The notes under the pieces were generated by a model. That model saw nothing but the letters and a program-made list of their open reading frames with translations, did not search any database and was not told the origin of the DNA. Shown here in pieces: positions 55,201-62,942 of a stretch of DNA of 64,000 nt. The stretch is from an uncultured Arcanobacterium sp. (lineage in GTDB: Bacteria; Actinomycetota; Actinomycetes; Actinomycetales; Actinomycetaceae). The DNA lies in the NCBI GenBank assembly GCA_964403015.1, contig CAYOEJ010000005.1, positions 5,609 to 69,608 on the forward strand. Reading direction: 5' to 3'. The position numbers and the translations under genes were made by a program. Position 1 is the stretch's first letter. Each line of letters starts with the position of its first letter.

Positions 55201-56774
55201 GCAACCAGCTAAACCCCGCCGGTGAGCCTGAAACGCCACTGAACCAAGAGTACGTTGGCGACCCGGTGCCTGCGGGAGCAGAGCCCACGGATGACACCGT
55301 TGTCGATGCAGCCGCCGACCTAGAGCAGTTGAGCGAGGACGAGGCATCGCAGTACGAAACGATGCGTTCATTCCTCGACGACTACGAGCTTGACGAGGAA
55401 GACCTTGCACTGATCGACGGGGAAATCGAGTACGCTCCGGTTACGGCACGGTTCGGCTATCCAGTTCTTGCGATCGTCGGACGCCCTAACGTTGGTAAGT
55501 CAACTCTCGTTAACCGCATCGTCGGTAGCCGCGTCGCGGTAGTCCAAGATACACCGGGAGTCACCCGCGATCGCGTGCATTACGACGCCGAATGGGCCGG
55601 CAAACAGTTTACGGTCGTCGATACAGGCGGCTGGGAACTAGATGTCGAAGGTATCGACCGGTCCGTAGCAGACCAATCTGAGGTTGCCATCGAGGAAGCC
55701 GACGCCGTCATGCTCGTTGTCGACGCCAATGTGGGCGTGACCGACACCGACGAGCAGATTGTCAAGCTTCTCCGCCGCAATAACAAGCCGGTGATTCTTG
55801 CTGCAAACAAGGTGGACTCGCCGCAGCAGGAAGCCGACGCCGCGATGCTCTGGGCTCTTGGTCTGGGCGAGCCTTACCCAATCTCCGCGCTGCATGGCCG
55901 CGGTACGGGCGATCTTTTGGACGCCGCCATCAGGGCTCTACCAGAGGTCTCCGCTACCGCCCTCGCGCGTCCTGAACAAGGACCGCGCCGGGTAGCCCTT
56001 GTAGGTAGGCCCAACGTGGGCAAGTCATCTCTTCTCAACCGGCTCGCTGGCCAAAACCGAGTGGTTGTCGACGACGTCGCAGGAACCACGCGCGACCCCG
56101 TTGACGAGATTATCGATCTCGATGATCAGCCGTGGATTTTCGTCGATACGGCCGGTATTCGTCGTCGTGTTCACCTCACCAAAGGCGCCGACTACTACGC
56201 CTCGCTGCGTACCCAGACAGCGATCGAGAAAGCTGAGCTTGGACTGGTTCTCATCGACGCGTCCGTTCCGCTAACCGAACAGGATATCCGAGTCATCCAG
56301 CAGGTCATCGATGCCGGCCGCGCGGTCGTCGTCGTCTGCAACAAGTGGGACCTTGTTGAAGAAGAGCGGCGAATCGAGCTCGATCGTGAGATGGAGCGTG
56401 AGCTCGTCCAGATCTCGTGGGCGGAGCGAGTGAATCTCTCGGCGCAAACGGGTTGGCATACGAACAGGCTCACGCGAGCGATGAACACCGCCTTGGAGTC
56501 GTGGGACATGCGCATTCCCACCGGCAAACTCAATGCTTTCCTGGGTGAGTTGGTTGCCGCTAATCCGCACCCCGTTCGTGGTGGTAAGCAGCCGCGCATC
56601 CTGTTTGCCACCCAAGTAGCGAACCGGCCGCCACGTATTGTCCTGTTCACCACCGGCTTCCTCGACCACAGCTACCGTCGCTTCATCGAAAACCGCCTGC
56701 GTCAGACCTACGGCTTCACGGGTTCACCGCTGGAGATTTCTGTTCGCGTGCGAGAGCGCCGCGCGAGGCGATAA
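55197..56774 (+). CDS. der: ribosome-associated GTPase Der (EngA) with an acidic N-terminal extension
   Basis: Two GTPase domains ([10 protein letters not shown] and [10 protein letters not shown]) plus a KH-like C-terminus. About 90 extra acidic residues at the N-terminus. Confidence 0.95.
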   Translation: MSNQLNPAGEPETPLNQEYVGDPVPAGAEPTDDTVVDAAADLEQLSEDEASQYETMRSFLDDYELDEEDLALIDGEIEYAPVTARFGYPVLAIVGRPNVGKSTLVNRIVGSRVAVVQDTPGVTRDRVHYDAEWAGKQFTVVDTGGWELDVEGIDRSVADQSEVAIEEADAVMLVVDANVGVTDTDEQIVKLLRRNNKPVILAANKVDSPQQEADAAMLWALGLGEPYPISALHGRGTGDLLDAAIRALPEVSATALARPEQGPRRVALVGRPNVGKSSLLNRLAGQNRVVVDDVAGTTRDPVDEIIDLDDQPWIFVDTAGIRRRVHLTKGADYYASLRTQTAIEKAELGLVLIDASVPLTEQDIRVIQQVIDAGRAVVVVCNKWDLVEEERRIELDREMERELVQISWAERVNLSAQTGWHTNRLTRAMNTALESWDMRIPTGKLNAFLGELVAANPHPVRGGKQPRILFATQVANRPPRIVLFTTGFLDHSYRRFIENRLRQTYGFTGSPLEISVRVRERRARR

Positions 56775-56795
56775 ATCGCGCTAAGCGATAAATAT

Positions 56796-56836
56796 GGAGA
56801 GGCTAGCCACAGGTCCTATGACACGGCTAGCCTCTC
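56796..56836 (+). terminator. stem-loop after der (possible terminator)
   Basis: A perfect 12-bp stem GAGAGGCTAGCC...GGCTAGCCTCTC with a 17-nt loop. The downstream tract GAAATT is not U-rich, so terminator function is uncertain. Confidence 0.4.
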
Positions 56837-56880
56837 GAAATTCCAATCGATAGTATATCGGTGGGAATCCGGCAGGATTC

Positions 56881-56921
56881 GCGGACGAGGGAGCTGTACC
56901 CGCACAGGACAAGACGGCCAG
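56881..56921 (+). promoter_or_regulatory. candidate guanidine-III (ykkC-III) riboswitch
   Basis: GCGGACGAGGGAGCUGUACCCGCACAGGACAAGACGGCCAG. It matches, almost position for position, the ~41-nt ykkC-III motif as I remember it (CCGGACGAGG-N-UACCCGG-UCAGGACAAGACGGCGC). P1 is GCGG/CCGC and the pseudoknot is GCUG/CGGC. SD GGAGA and ATG 56933 follow immediately. The downstream genes are SMR transporters, the canonical context. Confidence 0.7.
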
Positions 56922-56932
56922 ATGGAGACATT

Positions 56933-57247
56933 ATGGCATGGGCCGTTCTACTCATTTCTGGAATTTTTGAGGCGGTGTGGGCACTCGCGCTGAGCGCGTC
57001 CAACGGCTTCAAGAAACTCAAGCCAAGCATCGTGTTTTTCGCCGGAGCGATTATTAGCTTGGGCGGACTCGGCTGGGCGATGAACTACCTTCCCACCGGC
57101 ACCTCCTACACGGTGTGGACCGCTACGGGAGCGACGCTCACGGTTCTTTACTCAATGATCACCGGCAAGGAAAAGGCCACAATTGCTCGTGTCCTTCTCC
57201 TCGTTTTGCTTGTCAGCTGCGTCATCGGTCTAAAGGTGGTGAGCTAA
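56933..57247 (+). CDS. SMR-family (SugE/Gdx-type) small multidrug resistance protein, subunit 1
   Basis: 104 aa with four TM segments. MAWAVLLISGIFEAVWALAL has the conserved membrane Glu. Start trimmed to ATG 56933, because track start 56861 would run through the riboswitch. Confidence 0.85.
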   Translation: MAWAVLLISGIFEAVWALALSASNGFKKLKPSIVFFAGAIISLGGLGWAMNYLPTGTSYTVWTATGATLTVLYSMITGKEKATIARVLLLVLLVSCVIGLKVVS

Positions 57248-57613
57248 ATGCATTGGCCAATTCTACTGATTTCAGCAATTTTTGAAGCCATCTGGGCAAC
57301 TGCTCTAGGAGAGTCGAACGGCTTCTCCGAACTTGTTCCCACGGTCATCTTCGTTGTCGCGACGATCATTTCCATGATCGGACTCGGATATGCAATGAAA
57401 GCTATTCCGGTCGGAACCGCATATGCCGTATGGACGGCGGTGGGATCGGCACTCACCGTTACCTATGCCATGGCGTCTGGAAACGAGTCGGCATCAATTC
57501 TCAAGGTTCTCTTCCTTTCCGGAATCATCGTATGCGTGGTGGGCCTGAAGCTTTTGCCGAGTGAAGAAGTGTTTGAAGACACTAAAGACGGCCATCCGGA
57601 GACGGCCGTCTAA
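57248..57613 (+). CDS. SMR-family (SugE/Gdx-type) protein, subunit 2
   Basis: 121 aa. MHWPILLISAIFEAIWATAL. Starts 1 nt after the stop of the first SMR gene. Has a short acidic C-terminal tail. Confidence 0.85.
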   Translation: MHWPILLISAIFEAIWATALGESNGFSELVPTVIFVVATIISMIGLGYAMKAIPVGTAYAVWTAVGSALTVTYAMASGNESASILKVLFLSGIIVCVVGLKLLPSEEVFEDTKDGHPETAV

Positions 57614-57628
57614 AGTTGAATGCGGGCG

Positions 57629-58273
57629 CTAAGAGCCGCGCTTTGAGTCGAGCAGAGTTTCGATATGGGCATCCTTACCCGAGTACTCCACGTGAGCCTT
57701 GTACTCACGACCAAAAGCAAAAAGCAGGAGTTCCAGCGGATCGCCCTTGACCGTAACGATGCCGGTTGCACGCGCACTCTTGGTGCCCGCTTCAATTAGT
57801 TCGTAACCGGGAGCCACAAGATCCACGCCCACGGGTGACTTCAAGAAGAGAACCTTGGACATTCGCTTGAGCGAGGCATAAACCGCATCTTGGTCCTCCT
57901 TGCTTAACTCTCGTGGCTGCGAGACGTCACCTCCGCGAAGAAGGTCCTCGTGGTGGACGAAATACTCTGCGGTATTCATGAGTTCATCGAGCTTGCCCAC
58001 CTGCAGAGGCGAGAACTTCTGCCGTCCCTCAGCGAATACCTCAACGAGATCGTCATAAGGCATGTCTTCGAGCTCGTGCTTCTTGTCAATGGACTTTGAC
58101 AAGGTCAGAGCCGTACCCAGCATGTGGTGCGGGTAAAGCTCGCGATTGATCAGGTGCGTCAAGAGGTCTCGTGCATCCCAACCTTCACACAGGGTGGGGG
58201 AGTCTGATGATGATCTACGAAACGATTCGACGAGTCTTTCACGTTCGACTTGTACGGGCTTGTCCTTCGCCAT
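57629..58273 (-). CDS. DinB/MDMPI-fold, mycothiol-dependent maleylpyruvate isomerase-family (TIGR03085-like) protein
   Basis: ERERLVESFRR...SPTLCEGWDARDLLTHLINRE is the characteristic N-terminal metal-binding domain. Start set to ATG 58273, which follows GAAGGAAGG. Confidence 0.7.
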   Translation of the reverse strand: MAKDKPVQVERERLVESFRRSSSDSPTLCEGWDARDLLTHLINRELYPHHMLGTALTLSKSIDKKHELEDMPYDDLVEVFAEGRQKFSPLQVGKLDELMNTAEYFVHHEDLLRGGDVSQPRELSKEDQDAVYASLKRMSKVLFLKSPVGVDLVAPGYELIEAGTKSARATGIVTVKGDPLELLLFAFGREYKAHVEYSGKDAHIETLLDSKRGS

Positions 58274-58341
58274 TCTTTTCCTTCCTTCGCGGCTTGCTTT
58301 CACACTCTACGCGCGCCGGCAGAACCAGGAAACGGAACTTC

Positions 58342-58686
58342 TCAGTTAAGGGAACAACTTCCCGCTCGGCTGAACCGATGTCGATTAGCGGCAATAACCC
58401 CATAGGTGACGTCTAATACCAGTTCGAGGGGACGCAGACTCAGTATCCTCCCGAGGATCCGCCATGCCCCGCCTCGACTCGCGATGAGACCGACAAACGC
58501 GCGGGCACCACGGAATCTGGTCCCGGCGTCGTGGATCAACCACGCAGCATTCTCAACGTCTATTTGATTAAGCCCGTACTTATCGATCGAGGATGAAGGA
58601 ACCCACCGCACATTCGGAAAATATTGGGCGAGGCGGCGCACCGAATTCGTGCAGAATCCGCAGTCCGAATCGTAAATGAAGAGCAT
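58342..58686 (-). CDS. DCC-family thiol-disulfide oxidoreductase (DUF393)
   Basis: MLFIYDSDCGFC carries the D-x-x-C-x-x-C motif at the N-terminus. 114 aa. Confidence 0.75.
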   Translation of the reverse strand: MLFIYDSDCGFCTNSVRRLAQYFPNVRWVPSSSIDKYGLNQIDVENAAWLIHDAGTRFRGARAFVGLIASRGGAWRILGRILSLRPLELVLDVTYGVIAANRHRFSRAGSCSLN

Positions 58687-58710
58687 AGTTCCGCATGTTA
58701 CATTGTGCGT

Positions 58711-59681
58711 ATGTTAATGCGTGAAACGGTAGATGAGCTCAATATTCACGTGCGCGAAGCACTAAGCGAAGATCCGTCAACTAACGGGGCACACCTCCTA
58801 GCGCTGTTCGCAGATTTCTGCGACCTACCCGTCGATGATGCGAAAGATGCAAGTAAACAAGGTGATGCGCTCGTCCTGCGCTACGGCAATGACCTGCGCA
58901 AGGACTCCGCTGGCCTGTTCGAGATCGATCTTGTCCGCCACATGGTGGCAAAAGAGAGTCCTGCGGGTGATCCTCAGATCTACCGCGCGCACATGACCTT
59001 TTCTTGGCAGTCGTGTGCGATCACCCAAACGCTTGACGACGACGAAGCCTAGCTCTACGACGACGGTACGGAAGAATTTTGGGAATTGCTTCTCGTGCGC
59101 GCTGGCTGGCAATGGTTCTACGAAGGACCCGTGTTCAACTTTGATTGCGACCTGTGGCTTGAGACGCCCGACTCCGAAGATTCTCCGGCTTCGTACACGT
59201 ACCGTGTAGAGGCTATGACGGAACCTCCTGAGGTTGAGGCCGAGCGGAAGCCCCTGCGAACCGGTTTCCCGTACAGATATAACAAGCGTCCCACGTATAT
59301 TCGCGTTGATGAGAGCAATGGGCTTTCACCAACCATCGAAGAGGAAATTCTTGATCGCATATGGCTCTACCTGCTGCTTGGGGTAGCAGAAGTTGAAGAT
59401 ATCGTGGACACACTCGCCCATGATTATGAAGGAACTATCGAACCTGAGCTCATCGAAAAGCTTTTCTATGCACTTATACGCGCACGCATTCATCAGCAGG
59501 GCCAGCTCAAAGAGGGCGAGCCGACAACGCCTTAACTTACGTTGCCGATGCGATCGCCAAACGAATAGTTCCTGTATTGGAGCGGCACGGGCTCGAGGTT
59601 GAATGGGACGGATCCGCTAAAACGAACCTTCATGTGAAGAACGCAGATTACTATTGCGAGCTTCTCCCAACTGCTGAGTAA
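58711..59681 (+). pseudogene. hypothetical gene apparently broken into three pieces (in-frame TAG at 59050-59052, probable frameshift near 59520-59535)
   Basis: ORFs 58711..59052 and 59086..59535 are in the same frame and separated only by one TAG (…LDDDEA*LYDDGTEEFWELLLVRAGWQWF…). After the TAA at 59533, a protein-like reading (LTYVADAIAKRIVPVLERHGLEVEWDGSAKTNLHVKNADYYCELLPTAE*) continues in another frame with no usable start codon. Confidence 0.4.
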
Positions 59682-59687
59682 CGAGTG

Positions 59688-60902
59688 CTAGATATCGTCG
59701 AGGGTCTCTGCAAGCACAGTTGCAATTAGCTCGAGTTCATCGAGCCCCACAGTCAATGGCGGAGCGAGCCGAATCGTTGAATCATGGGTCTCCTTGACCA
59801 GTACGCCTCGCTTGGCCATTCCTTGACTGACCGCCTTGCCCGTAGCGATCGCAGGATCGATATCAACACCCGCCCACAGACCGCGCACCCGAACTGCCTT
59901 AATGCCCTGTACTTCAACAAGTAGTGCCCGGAAGGTATCTTCGAGATCGCGGGCACGGTTTTGGTAGAAGCCGGGTTCAAGGAGCTCCACCACCGCAATT
60001 CCCACAGCGGCACTGAGCGGATTTCCACCGAACGTTGAGCCATGTGACCCTGGCGTAAAGACATCCATAATCTCGCGACTCGCAACAACAGCAGAGACGG
60101 GAAGAATTCCACCTCCAAGCGCCTTACCCAAAGTGTAGACATCGGCATCGACGTCTTCGCGCCACGTAGCAAGCGTGGCACCAGCTCGACCGAGGCCACT
60201 TTGAATTTCGTCAGCGATAAAGAGGACGTTGGTATCAGTGCAAAGCTCGCGAACTCCCGCAAGGTATCCCGGTGGCGGAATCCGCACCCCGCTTTCACCC
60301 TGAATGGGCTCAAGGAGCACCGCAGCGGTATGTGGACCTATGGCGTTACGCAGTGCGTCGATGTCACCGTAGGGGACCGCGACAAACCCGGGCGTCCTTG
60401 GACCATAGTTTTCGCGGGCGACGGGGTCGGTGGAAAACGAGACGATGGTCGTGGTTCGTCCGTGGAAGTTGTCTTCCATCACCACAATCTCGGCCTGATC
60501 GGCCGGCACTCCCTTGACCTCATAGGCCCATTTCCTCGCCAATTTGATCGACGTTTCAACCGCTTCGGCTCCCGTATTCATAGGTAGCACCGCGGTCTTC
60601 TTCACGAGTGCCGCCAAGCCTTCCGCAAACGGGGCAAGCCTGTCGTTTCGCATGGCTCTCGAGGCCAATGTTAGTGCTCCAAGCTGCTGCTGCGCGGCCT
60701 CGATGAGCATCGGGTGACGGTGTCCGAAGTTGAGTGCCGAATAGCCGGCGAGGGCATCCAGATACCTCTTGCCTTCGACGTCGGTCACCCACGCGCCTTC
60801 GGCTTCACTAACGACGACGTCGAGTGGGGAGTAGTTGTGAGCCAGAATCGCTTCTTCTCGGTTAGCAAATGACGAATTTGTAGCCAGAGCATCCATAAGC
60901 AC
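59688..60902 (-). CDS. rocD: ornithine--oxo-acid aminotransferase (class III PLP aminotransferase)
   Basis: 404 aa. HNYSPLDVVVSEAEGAWVTDVEGKRYLD, a DEIQSGLGR-type motif (ADEIQSGLGRAG) and TLGKALGGG (PLP lysine). Confidence 0.8.
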   Translation of the reverse strand: MLMDALATNSSFANREEAILAHNYSPLDVVVSEAEGAWVTDVEGKRYLDALAGYSALNFGHRHPMLIEAAQQQLGALTLASRAMRNDRLAPFAEGLAALVKKTAVLPMNTGAEAVETSIKLARKWAYEVKGVPADQAEIVVMEDNFHGRTTTIVSFSTDPVARENYGPRTPGFVAVPYGDIDALRNAIGPHTAAVLLEPIQGESGVRIPPPGYLAGVRELCTDTNVLFIADEIQSGLGRAGATLATWREDVDADVYTLGKALGGGILPVSAVVASREIMDVFTPGSHGSTFGGNPLSAAVGIAVVELLEPGFYQNRARDLEDTFRALLVEVQGIKAVRVRGLWAGVDIDPAIATGKAVSQGMAKRGVLVKETHDSTIRLAPPLTVGLDELELIATVLAETLDDI

Positions 60903-61022
60903 ACACTAGCCGCACGCCGCTCGGATGGGGAGTTCTTTCCCGAATTACCCCGACATGGGCCTAGTTACGCTACTGTATCTTTTGAAGACCGCGACAACGG
61001 CGGCCGCTTTGAAAGGACTTAT

Positions 61023-61688
61023 ATGAGTGTTCGTTCTCCTATCGGCATTCTCAAAAATTGCAAAGCCGGACTACTAGCGTCCATAGCCGCTGTATCACTC
61101 CTTGTCGGAGCCTGCGGTTCAGACATCGAAGAGGTGTCGGGAAACGGTGAGACAACGGTTGCACCCACCACGGAAGAGCCGACGACGGAGGAACCCACCA
61201 CGGAAGAGCCGACGACGGAGGAACCCACCACGGAAGAGCCGACTACTGAAGAACCGACGACGGAAGATCCCGAGCCGGAATTCCAGACGATCTCAAATGA
61301 GAGTGGCACGGTCACTATTGATCTACCCGCCGACTGGTGGGACGCCGAAAGCTACTACGGACCTCTTGTAGATTTCGGCTATGCACATCCAGATGGTGAC
61401 GGGTCTGTCGTGCTTGTAGAAATGGGTCCCACAGAAAAGTCCGCGGATCAACTTCTTACTGAGGTGACGGCAAATCAGCCGAATGATCAGGTGACCCTTC
61501 TCAACGAGAATGCAGAGCTGGCTGGTTTCCCGGCCGTCGAGTTCGAAGTTAAGGGAGAGGGCTTCATGAGCAAGATCCTTTTCGTTAAGACTCCATCGAC
61601 AACCTGGGAGCTAACGGTTAACTCCGTTGGCGAAGAGGAACTTGCTACGGTGATGGAATACGTCAACGACATCAAGATTTCGGAGTAG
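61023..61688 (+). CDS. lipoprotein with (TTEEP)n linker
   Basis: Signal peptide with lipobox LLVGAC, then PTTEE repeated six times, then a globular ~140-aa domain of unknown function. Confidence 0.7.
   Translation: MSVRSPIGILKNCKAGLLASIAAVSLLVGACGSDIEEVSGNGETTVAPTTEEPTTEEPTTEEPTTEEPTTEEPTTEEPTTEDPEPEFQTISNESGTVTIDLPADWWDAESYYGPLVDFGYAHPDGDGSVVLVEMGPTEKSADQLLTEVTANQPNDQVTLLNENAELAGFPAVEFEVKGEGFMSKILFVKTPSTTWELTVNSVGEEELATVMEYVNDIKISE
61165..61272 (+). repeat. tandem coding repeat (15-nt / 30-nt unit)
   Basis: ACCACGGAAGAGCCGACGACGGAGGAACCC is repeated exactly twice (61168-61197 and 61198-61227), followed by a diverged third copy and a partial copy. It encodes PTTEE repeats. Confidence 0.9.
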
Positions 61689-61726
61689 GCCTCATCGCCT
61701 GCGATCGCGCTAGTCGAGACGCAATG

Positions 61727-61762
61727 AAAAACCCGCGAGATTCACTCGCGGGTTTTTCGTTT
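61727..61762 (+). terminator. intrinsic terminator after the lipoprotein gene
   Basis: AAAAACCCGCGAG-ATTCA-CTCGCGGGTTTTTCGTTT is a classic hairpin plus U-tract, with an A-tract upstream. Confidence 0.85.
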
Positions 61763-61909
61763 GTCGCCCTTATTGACCTCTGTTCCAGTAAATACCCAAC
61801 AGGGATAGAGACCGAGAATCTGCGCCGGATCAGGGGTTCTCGTGCTCCCTCCCTGCCAGTAGACACTGACACCTTGCCGGATGACGCTCAAACCTCTCGC
61901 GAAGCACCG

Positions 61910-62233
61910 ATGCCCCGTCGCAAGTGGAAACGCCTGAACGATGAGGCCCGCGCGCAGGTGGTCGCTCGATACTCGGCAGGCGAGACCACCACCGTCCTTG
62001 CAACGGAGTTCGGCGTCGCCAAGTCCACGATCATCGGCATCCTCCGCGCCAACAACGTCGTCGTCCGTCGCCAGCCGATGACGGCACAACAGGTGGGTGA
62101 GGCCGCCCGCCTGTACGAATCCGGACTCTCCTTGTCACAGGTTGCCACGGCGCTCGACGTGAACCAGGAAACCATGCGGGTGGCGATCATGAAAGCAGGG
62201 GTCGAGATCCGTCCAGCGACCGGTGCGGTCTGA
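61910..62233 (+). CDS. small double helix-turn-helix protein
   Basis: 107 aa with two HTH-like units (ARYSAGETTTVLATEFGVAKSTIIGILR and ARLYESGLSLSQVATALDVNQETMRVAI). The track start 61724 lies inside the upstream terminator, so I use ATG 61910. About 65 % GC on a hand-counted line. Confidence 0.55.
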   Translation: MPRRKWKRLNDEARAQVVARYSAGETTTVLATEFGVAKSTIIGILRANNVVVRRQPMTAQQVGEAARLYESGLSLSQVATALDVNQETMRVAIMKAGVEIRPATGAV

Positions 62234-62258
62234 GCAACGCGACCTCTCCAGCCGATCG

Positions 62259-62636
62259 TCAGAAGCCGTACTTCTCTTTGCGGAGCCGGAAAGCCCGTTC
62301 TCCACCCTCCATTACTGACGTAATCTCGTCGCGCACTGCGACCACATCGATAGCACCCTGCTCCTTGATGTGTCCCGCCGACTGATCTCCCGCGGTCAGG
62401 TAAGCGCATACGAGCACCAAATCGGCATCTCCGTTAACGACCAAGTTCGCGTTATGGCTGGAGAAGATCAGTTGTCGCCGATTCTTAGATCGCCAGATCT
62501 TAGAGACGATCTGTTGCACGGTGTCGCTATCGAGGTCATCCTCCGGCTGATCGATGATCAGCGGTGTACCACCCTGAGAAAGGAGTGTGCTGAGCAAAGC
62601 CGAGGCCTGCTGCCCGGCCGAAGCAGAGTCAACCGT
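62259..62636 (-). pseudogene. C-terminal remnant of an ABC/SMC-type (AAA_15/23-like) ATPase
   Basis: The open frame reads *TVDSASAGQQASALLSTLLSQGGTPLIIDQPEDDLD...IFSSHNANLV...EGGERAFRLRKEKYGF*. That gives a signature-like SAGQQ, Walker B LIIDQPEDDLD and a D-loop/H-loop SSHN. There is no Walker A or N-terminal part: the frame is closed by TAG at 62637-62639. Confidence 0.6.
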
Positions 62637-62889
62637 CTACGGAATCATCACCTCGATCGGTCTCGTCCTCTGGATGGCGGGCACGCAGCTCGGCCTGTTC
62701 TACAACCTCCGCTACACCGGCATGAGCCGCCTGCAGAAGCTCCGCGACCACGTTCTGGTGCTCCTCGTTACGCCGTTCGCCGGCGTCATCGACACCGCCG
62801 GCCCTCTCGTGGCCGTCCTGAAATGGCTCGCGGGCATCCGTGAGGTGGCGTGGAAGCCGACCCCGAAGCTCGCCGTTCCGAGCCGTTAA
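62629..62889 (+). pseudogene. C-terminal remnant of a polytopic membrane protein (tail resembles membrane-bound family-2 glycosyltransferases)
   Basis: STVYGIITSIGLVLWMAGTQLGLFYNLRYTGMSRLQKLRDHVLVLLVTPFAGVIDTAGPLVAVLKWLAGIREVAWKPTPK. It looks like the last two TM helices plus a W-x-x-T-P-K/R tail. There is no credible N-terminus, and the frame begins at the junction with the ATPase remnant. Confidence 0.35.
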
Positions 62890-62942
62890 GCAACATCTAA
62901 GCGCGTCGCCGCCGCCGAAGTAGCAGCAGGAGAAAAAGCAGC

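Noticed and set aside
61019-61315. Minus-strand ORF with (SSVVG)n repeats, and the repeat as a possible CRISPR or minisatellite outside genes.
   Set aside because: It mirrors the PTTEE-coding repeat of the plus-strand lipoprotein gene. The units are contiguous with no spacers, so this is not a CRISPR array.
61724-61909. N-terminal 62 codons of track ORF 61724..62233.
   Set aside because: This part starts inside the intrinsic terminator hairpin of the upstream gene and has no coding character. The HTH protein most likely starts at ATG 61910.
62370-62843. 157-aa Arg-rich plus-strand ORF, and 61888..62409 on the minus strand.
   Set aside because: Arg/Pro/Ser-rich products are typical of out-of-frame reading in GC-rich DNA. 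These ORFs overlap better-supported frames.
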